DNA of 62,631 nt, filler included, from Nemertoderma westbladi (taxonomy: Eukaryota > Animalia > Xenacoelomorpha): NCBI GenBank assembly GCA_032718475.1. It is 3 parts of 3 records of this genome, joined end to end, with 100 filler letters (N's around TTAATTAATTAA, not from the genome) between each part and the next. Parts side by side here need not be neighbours in the genome. Positions count along the whole stretch, not along the records: positions 24,552 to 51,720 come from JAUCBJ010001590.1; 2 more parts are not named here. One strand, given 5' to 3'. How positions within the stretch are numbered: position 1 is the stretch's first letter; every line of letters begins with the position of its first letter. The notes under the pieces were generated by a model. That model saw only the letters and a program-made list of their open reading frames with translations. It was not told the DNA's origin and did no database searches. Shown piece after piece: positions 35,859 through 47,153 of this stretch. The position numbers were made by a program, and so were the translations under genes.

Positions 35859-37547
35859 ATGGATCCTAACGGTGAACCTCCTTGCAAAAGACTTAAACTC
35901 AACTCCATCGATGTAATAGTTTCCCAGCGCAGGACAGATTTCTCGAGTCCATTTGTCGGCGACACTAACTCGAAAAAACTCCTTAAACACCAAACTTCCA
36001 CCATTACATACGGAGAAGAGTCTACTCTGATAGAAACAAAAGATTCTGACAAAGAGGTCAGTTTGGATCAAGACATTTTATCCAATTTACCTCGGGAACT
36101 CATATCCAACGTACTGCGATATCTTTCTGGAAAGGACTTATCCTCATGTTTTTTAGTATCTAAACTCTGGTACAATATTGTTTCCGGTTGTCCGGAAGCC
36201 TATAAATCAGTTTGCATCCGAGAAATTCCGCGAGCGATCCTTCTGGACATTATTTCGTCGGAGGCTGAGAACAATGACTTCTTTAAGTTGCCATCGAGTT
36301 CAATCGTGTGGAAAGATGCCTACACATACTGGTGTGGAATCACTAACGCAGTATACTCACCCGCGTCGTGCATTCGCTCTTGCGGCTACTCGCTAGACAT
36401 ACCGCAAGGTCAGTCCGCTATCACCGCCATCGCGGTCGTAAATAAGTACATATTTACTGGTCATCTAGACGGCTCTGTGCGCCAGTGGTCTGCGGATTCC
36501 GGGACACATATACGCCCGGTGGTGCAGCACACATCGGAGGTCACTCTAATATTTGGAACAGGTGTTAATACTAACTCTAAAGGTTCGGATTCCCTAGCCT
36601 CTCTCGCCTTCAACTCTAAATTTTCAGCTCTAGCTCTCACATCTAAAGTATTTAATTTAAAAGATAAATTGTATACGAATTTCACTTACTTTAATAAATT
36701 CGACATTTATCCCACAAGCGATATTGTTTATGATTCTTGGGCGAACTCTTGTGTTCTTTCTTTTAATCAATGTCCTTATAATCGGCATCGTTTGATTGTC
36801 TTCCAGAGGATAAAAGAAGATTCAGGCTGGCATTTAAAACTCCAATCAATTCGAGATAACCTTCTTAAAGGCAACAAACTCTTTAAGAAACACCATCTGT
36901 GCTGGGGAGTGTTTTTACGCGAAAGCATTCTCCTTTTGACTGTCGCGAATGCGAAACCTTTGCTATTCGCGTTTATAAATATCCATAATTTCGAAATAAT
37001 TTCGGTTGGGAAAGTCCCGATGAAATGGCTGAACCACGACGGCTCTGGCTGTGAGCTCACCATCGACTCGTGTTACCCTTGCTCCTTCCTGGGCCCCGAT
37101 TACCAACACTTCCATTACTTTCTCGTTGGTTACGCTTTAAAGGTCCGCATTGTTGAGGGCCTTTCCGGTATGATGAGGGACGTATCTAACGGTCGATCCA
37201 TGCGGTTTCGTTTAAGGTTTGGGGGCGGCGGACTAATATTCGGTTTGTTCGAATGGAAACAAAAAGATCACGCTTTTCTTACGAACTATAAAGTCTTGCC
37301 GTGTCGACCTGAAATGACGGATATAGCGGGGATTCCTTTGTCAGTAAACTGCACCAAGGAGAAACCATCATACCTGCAATACGCTCATATGTACCAAAAT
37401 ATCGGGCAGATTGTTGGAATGGATGTGGTCAATGACGATATTGTTGTTGCCTATATCGAACACGACCACAAACCCGGCCCATCTCTAATCAAGGGCTGTA
37501 CATTTTCTATCTTGAAGTGGAAGTTACACCCTCAGCCAAAAGCCTAA
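35859..37547 (+). CDS. Intronless F-box protein with at least one WD40-like repeat
   Basis: F-box LSNLPRELISNVLRYLSGKDLSSCFLVSKLWYNIV. WD-like ITAIAVVNKYIFTGHLDGSVRQWS. N-terminal PPCKRLKL NLS-like motif. AATAAA at about 37649. Confidence 0.85.
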   Translation: MDPNGEPPCKRLKLNSIDVIVSQRRTDFSSPFVGDTNSKKLLKHQTSTITYGEESTLIETKDSDKEVSLDQDILSNLPRELISNVLRYLSGKDLSSCFLVSKLWYNIVSGCPEAYKSVCIREIPRAILLDIISSEAENNDFFKLPSSSIVWKDAYTYWCGITNAVYSPASCIRSCGYSLDIPQGQSAITAIAVVNKYIFTGHLDGSVRQWSADSGTHIRPVVQHTSEVTLIFGTGVNTNSKGSDSLASLAFNSKFSALALTSKVFNLKDKLYTNFTYFNKFDIYPTSDIVYDSWANSCVLSFNQCPYNRHRLIVFQRIKEDSGWHLKLQSIRDNLLKGNKLFKKHHLCWGVFLRESILLLTVANAKPLLFAFINIHNFEIISVGKVPMKWLNHDGSGCELTIDSCYPCSFLGPDYQHFHYFLVGYALKVRIVEGLSGMMRDVSNGRSMRFRLRFGGGGLIFGLFEWKQKDHAFLTNYKVLPCRPEMTDIAGIPLSVNCTKEKPSYLQYAHMYQNIGQIVGMDVVNDDIVVAYIEHDHKPGPSLIKGCTFSILKWKLHPQPKA

Positions 37548-40345
37548 CAATTATTTTCATAATACTTCATTTCTATACAACTTGTAATTTATATGTGGGT
37601 TTGTTGAATCTGGATTATAATGCGGTTTCGTTCAGGATACGTTCGATCAATAAAAGTTGTTATGTTAAAGTATATAATTTTTATTTATTTAATTCAACCA
37701 ATAATAATGGTAATCTCTATATAAAATAACATAATATCTAATTAATGGCACAAATTAAAATAGTCAGACTAAAATAACATTAAAATGAACACGTAGATTA
37801 GTTAAAATAAAATATATTCTCTATGGCTAACGGCACCACCTTTAAAAGTATCGTACATGTGGATTTCGCACGACAAGTATTATCATGACGAATGAGTAAG
37901 TAATGTTGATTTATGAAATAAAAAATGGGGGTTATCGTACTCGTTCAAGACTAAAATTTTTTTTGGTCGAAATACTGCTGTTTAAACATTGCTTAAAAAT
38001 GCTTATTATTGTCAAACATTAGTTTCAAATAAATATTCTTATTTTACACTTGGTAACCATGGAAACGGCGATTAGTTACTAATCTATTTAATTAATAAAG
38101 AATAAATGCACATAATAACCCCGGGACAAGTGTTAACACATAAACAACTATATTGTGTATTGGCTCTCAATTTTTCACCATTATGGATCCGTGTTACCAT
38201 AGCAACGGGTTGAAATTGATGATTTTCTTACATAGACGACCCTAGAATACATTTGTTTTTTCGGACAATATCCTGCTGTTTAAGCAATGATTGTTCTCAA
38301 CAATCATTTGTAATTGTTAAACAAATATAATTAAATATATATATAAAATATATATAATTATTATTCTACACTCACTTGGTTACCATGAAAACGGCGATTA
38401 ATGATTATTCTAAATAAATAATCAAATAATATAGGCACCTACAGTAATATCCCATGCGTTACCTGGACAGCTAACATTAATGTTCCAGAATAGAATACAC
38501 ACAGCGCAGCACAATTTAATAATAACAGTAATAGCAAACGGCAAGCATAACTGGTGTACCGGTACCAAGTTGTACTAAATAACAGGTCATGCAGCGAGCG
38601 GATTCCTGAAATTAGCGTGGACCGATCTTTCCTTATTTATGGCACTTTTTCCATAATATTTCCTTAGAAACTTCTTGTATGCTACTTTAGTTAGGTGGAT
38701 ACTGGATATGATGACTAGGGTTCATATACATGCAATAAAATGTCTTTCTGGAATTTTTATCTTGTAGTTGCCAAGGTAACCGGGTGCAAAGTTCAAACTT
38801 TGCGCGCCTGTATTTCAAGGTGACAGTGGATTCTTCCCTTGAGATTTGGTAGGTGATTAAAGAAAATCAAAGTCTATCAAAATATTTTACATTTGGATTT
38901 GTTTACATTCCCGTTGCCATGGAAATACGTATAATGAAATATTTGTAAAATTGTCTACCAATTCTATAAAACACCATTTTTATTCGGCTTGTCAGTCTAA
39001 ATAATAAGTTAAAATTGCAAACATTTTATTTTATAATTCGTCAATTGTGAATCATATTTTTAAAAGTCAATATTTGCCAATAAACCAAACTGTCCAATCA
39101 GAGAGCAAGACCTGTGATAGCATGATTTTGACATTCCAGAATATTAAATTTCGGTTAGCAATTATTATAAATAAAGGACAGCCACCAGGCATGTTTGTTG
39201 AAAATTATATAAGTAGTAAATAGTAGCCGAATTTCTATCTGGCGGTCATAATGGGAAATTGTCGTAATTCCCGTCACCATGGAAACGGGATTGAAAAAAA
39301 TTAAAATGTAAAATCTTTTGATAGACTTTTATTCCCTTTGTAAAAGCTTTTGCGGATCTAGCTAGTCATTTTCCCTGCAAAGTACTCTTTAGGTGTTTTA
39401 ACGGACATAAAAAGCCGTTTTCTTACTGTGTAGGTGTTTTAGTGGACATAAAAAGCTATTTTTCTGTATGTGTACTTTAGCGGACATAACTAGCGATTTT
39501 ATGCCGCAATACGCCAAAATACTCTTGATACAGTGTAGTTCAGATGACGACTATCTATCAGCTAATATGTCCACGTATAGCTTTTCTTTGTTCTTTGTTC
39601 ACTCGACCAATCAGAGCGATTTTCATTTTATTTGCACAGAAGCCTCCGGGAAATCGCGCAATGCATTACTGTATGGTCTTTGTTTACCTTTTTTCCTAAG
39701 CCCAGAACATCGGCTGTGGAATTATTCTGTGTTTCAGACTTTAGCCAAACATTAGAACGGCTTTAATCATAGAAATGTATAACTGTTATTCTATCTAACG
39801 AACTGGTCAGACTCAAATGCTATACATACCTTTCACCGCATTATTTTACTGCTATTTACTGTCGGTTATTAATTGTATCAGTTGATGGATATGTTGTTAT
39901 ATTTGGAGAATATCGATAAATAATCAGAAAACCCCAATCTTCTTGATATACTGAAGGTTAGAGAGACCGGTTACATATAGCAATTGCGACTTACCTTATA
40001 GTGGTTTTGGAGTGAATTGAATGCTATTTCATAGACCCTACATGTGTCAGTTGCTGTTCTCCTTATATATGATTAAAATTAGTGAAGGTCGGCAGATCAG
40101 TGTGCAGCAGTGTGCGGTAGTGTGCATGAGTGTGATAGATAACAAAGCATTTCCTAAAGAATGCGCTTTATACGTAAATCATTAGCCATCCCGTTGTGTT
40201 TAGTGTAAGTCATAACTCTGTTTACATACTTAGAGCGCCACGTCCTAAAGGAACTGTTAATATTTCCCGAAAGTGAATAATATTTGTCAGAGATTATATA
40301 TTAACGATCAATCGGATAGTACAGTAGGCCTACACTGCAATAAGG

Positions 40346-40513
40346 TCAGAGCATCCGAATCCAGTCTCCCTTAACCGTGGGTGAATGATCGCGCATAGGC
40401 AGGCTTCGGCTAATGTAACTCTATGTATATCAAATACTTGTTATAGGCTAAAGTCGATTTATAACCTAGAAGACACCTAAATTTGGCAGGTTAAAGGTCT
40501 AAAAGCGCGAACA
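40346..40513 (+). repeat. 5' terminal direct repeat (LTR 3' part) of element 2
   Basis: TCAGAGCATCCGAATCCAGTCTCCC...AAAAGCGCGAACA. Differs from 48758-48933 by about 4 substitutions and one 8-bp indel. Confidence 0.9.
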
Positions 40514-42429
40514 ATAACAGTTATTGCTTCTTTATTGCAACGTAGGCAATAAAGGTAAAAGTACCGGTCGACCGGTAACCAGTAGGCCTGACTGCCTAAC
40601 CACCCGAACCGGTACTTACAGCAGTACAGGTACAGCAGTATTATTCGATTTTGATAATTATATACCGGTAGGTCTTAATATTTAATCGGGGACGCCTGGT
40701 TTTTTATTGGGATTTTACTTATTTCTGTCAGTTTTATTTATTTGTAAGTTAATATTGAGCAGAAGGTGTGTAAGCCTGCTCAGATTGTATAAATAATTTG
40801 TAGGCTGGATTGTTGTCTGGCTGTTGTTAGGTCTGAAGAGATTGCAGTGTGTGTAGAGTGTATGTCCGATAAAGTACTAGTTAGAAACGTGGGGGCATCC
40901 AGTGCTGTAAGGTAAATCCCCCCCGAAAGAATAAGTCGCACTACTCGGTTAGAACGCATACTAACTAACCATTTCGGAGTCTGCATATACTGTAGTTTAT
41001 TTAGGCTTGATAGTAGTCTGCCAGCATTTGGTTTGTATTTTGTTTGTGTAGTCTGTACGGGTAGCGTAATATTTATTATTCAGAGTTTATGCGATTATTC
41101 GCAACATACATACCCCAAGTTTATTCCTACAATTGTGCTTGTTATACATACCGTTATAGTTAAATTAACCCCAGTACTACATCAGGGCTGATTGGCGTAG
41201 GTAAAGACTGGTGATTTTATGCTCTGGTCACTCCGGCAGATACCGTGGTTCTTTTAGCTGTACAAGTATTTTTAACTGCTGGTTATTTGTTGTATAAGTA
41301 CTTGTACCTAATTTAGGGTTTAGTGTACAGTGCTTTCCGAAGGTAATTAGTTTGTAGGCAGTATATTTGTGTTGTAAAGTGGTTAATAGGCACGTTAGCT
41401 ATAGTAGGCTGCGGTAATTAACTTCTAGGTAGGAACACTCCGGGTACATAACGTAGTACTTATAGCGATATGGCTATAAGTTGTCAGACGGTGGTATTTT
41501 CCTATCTGGACAACGAAATATATTTACTACTGCTTTATTATTTTCAAATACCGAAGTATCCTGTCCGTTTGTAATAACCAGAAATTCTAACCCTTGTTAG
41601 GCTGGTTTGTAGATTTCTTGTAAAATTAACCCTAAAAATTCGTACGTGTAATTTTTGTGTTTATTTAGAGATTGTAATCTCACCCCGCAATTGTACATAA
41701 TTTGTAGTAATAAGTAACTTAGGCAAGTAGAATTATTTGTTTTAGTGTCCAAAACAATAAGTAGCACTCCACTGAGAGCGTCTAGCTTCTGTGTAGTGAT
41801 TCCTTACCAGAAATAATAACATTTATTTCAAACATAGACAAAAACCCATTAAAGGGTATATATATATATATTATAAATCAACTCAAACCGATTTATAAAA
41901 CAGTAGGCCTGTCATACATCAATTAGGTCTTAATATCAGTTGTCAGTTGGACTACTGCTTAAATAACGGTAATAAAGTAAAGTAAAGTAACCAAGTAACC
42001 CCTAAAATTCAGAAATTCAATTATTCTAAAATAATTCACATACCGGTATTTACAATAGGCTTATTATATTTATTTCTATAAATTTAAGCTGAAATCATAT
42101 ACCGGTATTCTGTAATTAATTCTAGTCTATAATTATACTTATATACTATAAGTGTAAGTTGTATACCGGTATTCACAGTAGGCTTATTATATATTTATAT
42201 ATACTTGCGCTGAAATTATATACCGGTATTCTGTGACAAACCTAGTCTGTAATAATACTTATATATATACTATAAGTGTATACCGGTATTCTAATATATT
42301 GTGTATATATATCACGTTGCACTGAGTAACGATATCGGTAATTAATTACTAGGCTAACAGTTGATACTGAATTATTAGACTTGCTTTAACTGTAATTATA
42401 GCAGTAGGCATTCAACTGTAAGAACAAAC

Positions 42430-43425
42430 ATGTCTGACACAAAGCAAAACCTATCAGACAGTCTCCTAGATACAACCATCTGTGACCCAGATAGGAGTGC
42501 GGAACGTTTGAGACCGAAGTTCAACTCCCCTCCGACTGTAAGAAAGGTCATCCCTCCAGTAGTAGTATCAGATCCTAGGCTAGTCAAACACCGTAGGTCT
42601 ATCATAGGCACTCGGGCTCAAGTCAAGCGTGACCAAGAAGCAGCTGTTAAACAGCAGCAACACCCGAGCCGAGAACTTATTTCTTAGCGGCCCGATAGCT
42701 CCAGTAGTTCGGATACTGTAGAGCTGACACCCGAGCGCGGAGCAAAGATGGCAGATGCGGTTTATTCGGATCCCCTTCTCATTCTTCCTGCAGCCGTACT
42801 CACTAGGGTATTGATTGCGGTGGAGGAATACCAAATTGATTGGGCGAGAAGTAAGCGATCGACCAAAGACAGTTATACGGGATACACAAGGGAGGAACTG
42901 AAGTCTATTGTCGAGTCGCAATTTAACTTCCCCGGACCCGGACTCCCGTTTGACTTATCGGAAGCTGCCTGGGAAGACATACACAAGATGGGAGTGACAA
43001 AAGACACTAGTGATCCAGCTGTGTGGAAGAGGTCGGCAGCAGGATATGTACAGGGATTCTTCAGCTCTTTGGAGCGATTAGAGGAACAACTGTTTCAACA
43101 ACCCCTGGGACCTCAAGAGCAGGGAGAGCTGCTTTATCAAGTTCGAGAAAGAATTCTAAGAATCAGACTAATCCTATCGGCCTTTGAGGAAGCTTCGAAA
43201 AGAAGACAAGACACGTCGTTGCAAGTTGCCGTAAAGACTTGGTTCCAGCGGGTGAGTCTCAAGGTTCAAGGAACGGCCCAGTGGAAATTTCAGCTGTCTG
43301 AGTGCTCAACCCACGGAGAATCAACAGATGCTACCTTTCTCAAGTGGAAAGCGAATCGACAGCAGAGAAACCGCAGAAGAAGGACGCTATTGACATCTAT
43401 CTGTCAGACTATCAACGATTTCTAG
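42430..43425 (+). CDS. N-terminal part of element 2 polyprotein (one in-frame TAG at 42685-42687)
   Basis: ORFs 42430-42687 and 42748-43425 are in the same frame, separated only by one TAG. The second overlaps the main ORF, which is in the -1 frame. Confidence 0.55.
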
Positions 43426-46400
43426 GTGACGAAGAGTTGAGGAGAAGGCTGGCTGGACTTCGCCCTAATAGTGGAGGAGCCAAGTTTGTGCTGGACGCAA
43501 TAGATGCGGAAATGTTAGCTGCGAACCAAGCTAATGAACGCCTCCGCATCGCTAGGGTCCAAGAAGAACAGGTAAAGAAAAAACGTATAGAAGACAGAAA
43601 GATAGCAGCAGTGGCAGCGGCAGAAGCGGAAAGAAAAGCGGTAGCGGCAGCGGCTGCGGCAGCGGCAGCGGCAGAGGCAGAAGCGGAAAGAAAAGCGGCC
43701 GAAGTGGAAAGAGAAGCGGCAGTGGCAGCGGCAGAAGTGGAAAGAAAAGCGGCAGAAGCGGAAAGAAAGGCAGTGGCAGAAGCAGAACGGAGGGCGTCTG
43801 AAGAGACCACCCAACTAGAGTTGGAAAATCTTCAAGAGAAGCAAGACTACATAAATAAACAGTTAACAGCTAGTCAAAGGCAGATGATGAGTCGATCTAC
43901 TCCCAAAAGACAGGGATTTACATCATCTGATGAAGGCGATACCACCGATCCTGAAGGCGGAAGAAATAGATCTCGTCTAAGTAGGCGTAGAAGATCGCCC
44001 CACCATCAGAAATTACCTAATTTGCCCCCAGCTGTGAGAAGGCAACTAGCTAGTACAGACTTAGGTAGTACAGAACCCACAGACCAAATTATTAGAATAG
44101 AAAGACTCCCTACTATAGTAGATGAGCCTGAAATAATTAGGCCTGTTCTCGAAGCTACCCCTTCGGTGATAGAGACACCTGTACTCCCAGAACCTCCCTC
44201 TAAATTCCCTTTGCACAGCACTAAACTACCTGTGCCCAACAGAACCGCCCCTGAGACAGTTCCTGTCCTGGACTCCGAGCGAAATATCAACGATTTGTCG
44301 CCCGTTGTCCCTCGTCTACCCGCTACTATGTTGGCGGCTCCCGCTTCGGCGGTAGAGTGGGTGGATGAGGGACGGCGGGAGATGGGTCTCCTGCTCGGGC
44401 AGCTGAGGGAACACCGTTTGTGTTCCTCTCAGCAGGTCCGGGAGATGGAAGGGACTGTTCAGCAGTTAAAGGGAACAGTCAGAGAGGGTAGGTTAGAGTT
44501 GCAAGAAGTGCAGCAGAGTATCGCGTTAGAACGCGATAAATTAGTAAATATACAAAAGGGTATACCACCACCCCCTGTAACAATGTGTCAACCTGTTAGG
44601 TCTGAAGTATTTCATGCGCAAGGTGTGGAGCCTACACGCATCTATACTGCTAGTGAAGTAGAAACTCCTATAGTAAACCCTATTAAGGGTAATTATAAAC
44701 CTGTTGACAATGATATTCCATATAGACCTGATCATAATCCGAGAAATTTATATACCGATAACTCGATATTAAATAACACGATGGCCCAAGAAAGTTTTAC
44801 GCGTCAAATGGTTAGAACCGAAGCCCGTCAAGCGGTAAAGGTGGGAGAGATCGTCAAGTTCAATGGAGATGAGATGAAATGGTTACCTTTTAATGAATAT
44901 TACAAAGATAACATACAGAACTCTGTGCTATCTAACGGAGAGAAACTTAGATTCCTCATCGAGTGCTTGGAAGGATCTCCCAAGTTAATGGCGTTAAAGT
45001 TTATTGGACATCCAGATGGATTAAGACAAGTTTGGGATACACTAAACATCAGGTATGGTAATAGGAATAACATAGCTAGGTATTTGTATGCAAAATTGGT
45101 AGCGCCCCGAAAGTTCATTAGCAGCGGGATTATAGAGTTTTCCGATGAGATTCAGGAGATCTGTAGACAATTAGATTGGCTAGGTAAGTCCCATGAATAT
45201 CAGAGTTCTATGGTTATTGGAGCCATGGCCTCTACTTTACCAAAGGGTGGAGTAGGTACACGCTGGGACAAGAAAGTCTTATATATGATGGAACAACAAC
45301 GAAGAGACCCTACCATGGCTGATCTCATGTCATTTTTAGATGGAGAGGTAAAATTACAGCTCCTAAAGCAGTCCAGAGAGAAGACACCGGAAAATAAGGT
45401 AAGTGAGAAACCCGTTTCTAGGAGAAAGGTAACACCAGTGTGTTATACAAACGACGGCGAAAGCCAGGCTTCTCAAGAAGAGGACAGCGGGAAAGACACT
45501 GAAAGATCTTACTATGTCAACAAAGCGCCTAAAGACGTAAGTAAATTTAAGTCTCGAACCAATGACAGGAGAGAACAGGTAACAAAAACTCCTCCTACGT
45601 CTCCTAATAGAGTTCACGGAAGAAAGCCCGAAGAAAGAACGAGAGTGCACAACGTTACCCAAGGTAAGGTGAGTAACATCAAACCAAAATGTGCGCTGTG
45701 CGATGGGCCCCACCGTTTAAGTGTGTGTGATAAATTTTTAAAGAAATCACTAAAAGATAGACGTGAAGTCATGTGGGATAAGCGGTTGTGTTATAATTGC
45801 CTCAGACAAGGACACCAACGGCGAACCTGTTACTCCGACGCAAGGTGTGCAAAGTGTGGCGCGAAACATCATATCTTGTTGCACACTGAATTCGAAAGAA
45901 ACAGCCTGAGTCAGGTAAGTGAGCCCGAACTACATGTCCAATTCAGTGATGTGAACGACACTGACCAAAGTTCTGAGATGGAAGGATTCTATACGGATGA
46001 ATTCTCCGACGAAAACGAATCCTGTTACTTAATAAATACCGCAGTGTATCGAGCACTTACGTATGAAAAGGACACCGACAGTGAGCTCCCCCTAACTACT
46101 CCTGACCGACAACCATCTTGGAAAGCACCAACTTCCAACGTAGGAATCCGAGAATTTCCCGTAGTGCAGTTGAGAGTCCACGGGCCCCAAAAGAGCTATA
46201 TAGTGAACGCCCTCCTTGACTCCGGCAGCACAGGAACATTCATCGACAAAGAACTAGCCGAAGACATCTTTGCTGGACAACCCAAGTTCCGAACTAAGTT
46301 GAACATGTCAGGAATTATGCAGGTTTGGAAATCTACAGTAACTACCGATTACTATGTAGGCGCGTTTTCCACCCCCCAGGATGAACTAGGAGAACACAGC

Positions 46401-47153
46401 ATAAGGTCAGTAAAAATGGTGGCGATAAAGAACTTCGCTACCAGTCAAGTGGAACCTTATAACTGGGATGAGGACGATTTCACCCAGCAGCATAAGATAC
46501 CTAGATTCAATACAGACTACCCTGGAGTGCAAATACTCATCGGCCAAAATGCGCATGAGGTGCTTGAGACATTAGAGAAACGGCCTGCTCGACCGCAACC
46601 ATTGCAAACCTATGCGGGAAGAACAAGAGTAGGTTGGTACCTCACTGGACCTTCCCGTAGGACACTCATGGAAAGGCTACCCAAAGATCAGGTCCATCAG
46701 GAGAGTGAATGGGAAGAAGACATCAGTGAGGGAGACGACCCAACTGAGGGAACACCATACTCCTCAGATAATGACGATATTAACTCTAATGTAGATCAAT
46801 GGAGACATTGCCCCGAGACGATTAATCTAGCCGACATCGCTTCCTGGAGATCTAGAACACCAGACGTCTCGCAGGGACTCTCACCTCTCCTGCCGGGAGC
46901 GATGGACCACTATAGCTCCTGGAATCGGCTTTGTAAGGCCGTCGTGTATTTGAAGCGATGTTTCTATCGTCACTATTCCAGGACGAAGAGGACACCTGGA
47001 ATTGTATTCGAAACACAACAACTCAATCGCCCAGTTGGTCGTTTATGTTTACTGGAAAGAGACCGAGAACTGTCCGGAAACTATGGAAGGCAAGATACTC
47101 TTCCCACGACCACCTCCCTAATCCAACAAACATCTAGGGACTCCCCAACGTAA
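43302..47153 (+). CDS. BEL/Pao Gag (coiled coil, DUF1759-like, triple Zn knuckle) plus protease plus in-frame Pol vestiges
   Basis: KFNGDEMKWLPF and EKLRFLIECLEG. Knuckles CALCDGPHRLSVC, CYNCLRQGHQRRTC and CAKCGAKHHILLH. Protease ALLDSGSTGTFI, ILIGQN and TRVGWYLTGP. Then YSSWNRLCKAVVY and RPVGRLCLLE. Confidence 0.92.
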   Translation: MLNPRRINRCYLSQVESESTAEKPQKKDAIDIYLSDYQRFLGDEELRRRLAGLRPNSGGAKFVLDAIDAEMLAANQANERLRIARVQEEQVKKKRIEDRKIAAVAAAEAERKAVAAAAAAAAAAEAEAERKAAEVEREAAVAAAEVERKAAEAERKAVAEAERRASEETTQLELENLQEKQDYINKQLTASQRQMMSRSTPKRQGFTSSDEGDTTDPEGGRNRSRLSRRRRSPHHQKLPNLPPAVRRQLASTDLGSTEPTDQIIRIERLPTIVDEPEIIRPVLEATPSVIETPVLPEPPSKFPLHSTKLPVPNRTAPETVPVLDSERNINDLSPVVPRLPATMLAAPASAVEWVDEGRREMGLLLGQLREHRLCSSQQVREMEGTVQQLKGTVREGRLELQEVQQSIALERDKLVNIQKGIPPPPVTMCQPVRSEVFHAQGVEPTRIYTASEVETPIVNPIKGNYKPVDNDIPYRPDHNPRNLYTDNSILNNTMAQESFTRQMVRTEARQAVKVGEIVKFNGDEMKWLPFNEYYKDNIQNSVLSNGEKLRFLIECLEGSPKLMALKFIGHPDGLRQVWDTLNIRYGNRNNIARYLYAKLVAPRKFISSGIIEFSDEIQEICRQLDWLGKSHEYQSSMVIGAMASTLPKGGVGTRWDKKVLYMMEQQRRDPTMADLMSFLDGEVKLQLLKQSREKTPENKVSEKPVSRRKVTPVCYTNDGESQASQEEDSGKDTERSYYVNKAPKDVSKFKSRTNDRREQVTKTPPTSPNRVHGRKPEERTRVHNVTQGKVSNIKPKCALCDGPHRLSVCDKFLKKSLKDRREVMWDKRLCYNCLRQGHQRRTCYSDARCAKCGAKHHILLHTEFERNSLSQVSEPELHVQFSDVNDTDQSSEMEGFYTDEFSDENESCYLINTAVYRALTYEKDTDSELPLTTPDRQPSWKAPTSNVGIREFPVVQLRVHGPQKSYIVNALLDSGSTGTFIDKELAEDIFAGQPKFRTKLNMSGIMQVWKSTVTTDYYVGAFSTPQDELGEHSIRSVKMVAIKNFATSQVEPYNWDEDDFTQQHKIPRFNTDYPGVQILIGQNAHEVLETLEKRPARPQPLQTYAGRTRVGWYLTGPSRRTLMERLPKDQVHQESEWEEDISEGDDPTEGTPYSSDNDDINSNVDQWRHCPETINLADIASWRSRTPDVSQGLSPLLPGAMDHYSSWNRLCKAVVYLKRCFYRHYSRTKRTPGIVFETQQLNRPVGRLCLLERDRELSGNYGRQDTLPTTTSLIQQTSRDSPT

